From: an uncultured Bacteroidaceae bacterium
GTDB lineage: Bacteria; CAIWAD01
Reading direction: 5' to 3'
Assembly: GCA_964568855.1 (NCBI GenBank)
Contig: CAZMSD010000015.1
Span: 15,458-79,457 of the forward strand
Length of the DNA: 64,000 bases
The position numbers and the translations under genes are program-made. How positions within the stretch are numbered: position 1 is the first letter of the stretch; every line of letters begins with the position of its first letter. Under the pieces are notes generated by a model that saw only the letters and a program-made list of their open reading frames with translations, was not told the origin of the DNA and did no database searches. Shown here piece after piece: positions 63,618-64,000 of the stretch.

Positions 63618-64000
63618 TTATTCATCACTCAGCACACGTCTCACGCTGTCGATCAGCGTACCGTCGCGGTACTCGATCACGGCCACCACTTCCTCACCGT
63701 TCTTCGCGCGGGTCATGTGACCTTCGGTGAGTTCCAGCGCCTTGCGATGCAGGGCCTCGATGCTGTAAATGGGCAGGTCGCTGTCCTTCAGACGGTCCAG
63801 CAGGTCCTGCCGGCGGGGATTGATCGCCATGCCGTGATCCGTCACCAGCACGTCGATGGTCTCTCCCGGGGCGGTCACCGTGTGCACTCGCGGCACCACC
63901 ACGGGGTGGATCTTGCGAGCCAGGGGCGCAGTGATAATGGTCATCCAGGCGTCGGCCGCGTCCGTGAATCCGCCGATGCCGTGCAGCAGCCAGCCGTCGC
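63618..64000 (-). CDS. C-terminal fragment of a CoA-transferase family protein (citrate lyase alpha / acetyl-CoA hydrolase-like); runs off the window
   Basis: The frame stays open upstream of the annotated Met to the window end (...DGWLLHGIGGFTDAADAWMTIITAP...). The family assignment is tentative. Confidence 0.35.
   Translation of the reverse strand, partial: DGWLLHGIGGFTDAADAWMTIITAPLARKIHPVVVPRVHTVTAPGETIDVLVTDHGMAINPRRQDLLDRLKDSDLPIYSIEALHRKALELTEGHMTRAKNGEEVVAVIEYRDGTLIDSVRRVLSDE

Noticed and set aside
1-64000. CRISPR arrays, rRNA, tRNA (including selC tRNA-Sec) and tmRNA
   Set aside because: No regularly spaced short repeats. No conserved tRNA T-arm (GGTTCGAATCC-like) or rRNA segments were recognisable in the intergenic gaps. 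Gaps in the sel operon are only 9-40 nt. This absence is by eye only.

Overview
This 64 kb window is high-GC (about 65-68%) with shorter AT-rich intergenic islands. The content points to an uncultivated member of the Fibrobacteres-Chlorobi-Bacteroidetes superphylum: many type IX secretion (T9SS) substrates carrying type-A or type-B C-terminal sorting domains, a PorP/SprF-like gene, and the Bacteroidetes-style exbB-exbD-exbD-tonB-TPR module. GC-rich sequence generates long spurious antisense ORFs, so strand calls rest on signal peptides, T9SS C-terminal domains, catalytic motifs and operon coupling. Four things stand out. (1) About 22.6 kb (24217 down to 1611) is one near-gapless minus-strand gene array. 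Within it, a 10-gene run with 1-8 nt stop/start overlaps links a lipoprotein, a 1362-aa SprB-like type-B-CTD adhesin, a PorP/SprF-like protein with an extra C-terminal domain, ExbB, two ExbD, a TonB-like protein, a TPR protein, a secreted protein and an FGE-sulfatase-domain (GldJ/GldK/PorK-family) protein. This may be a PMF-energised surface adhesin or motility module. (2) A MarR regulator sits next to an array of Cys-rich T9SS cargo genes: three monocistronic paralogs, each with its own terminator and a conserved upstream box TGTCGGAACTTGAACA...GCCCGATA, plus a cargo gene carrying a perfect 384-bp tandem duplication and flanked by two TlpA-like thiol-disulfide oxidoreductases. (3) A selA-djlA-selB selenocysteine-incorporation operon has the DnaJ-like djlA inserted between selA and selB. 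(4) A surface polysaccharide locus encodes a PAPS-type sulfotransferase, a heparinase II/III-family protein, three glycosyltransferases, a Wzx flippase and a Wzy polymerase, suggesting a sulfated, GAG-like polymer. Also present are ftsEX, pdxA, dus, a PlpD-type patatin-Omp85 fusion, rpsD, a lower-GC HExxH secreted protein and a 1-kb AT-rich non-coding island. Coordinates refined from the ORF track may be off by 1 nt in places where my reading of the printed sequence and the track disagreed.
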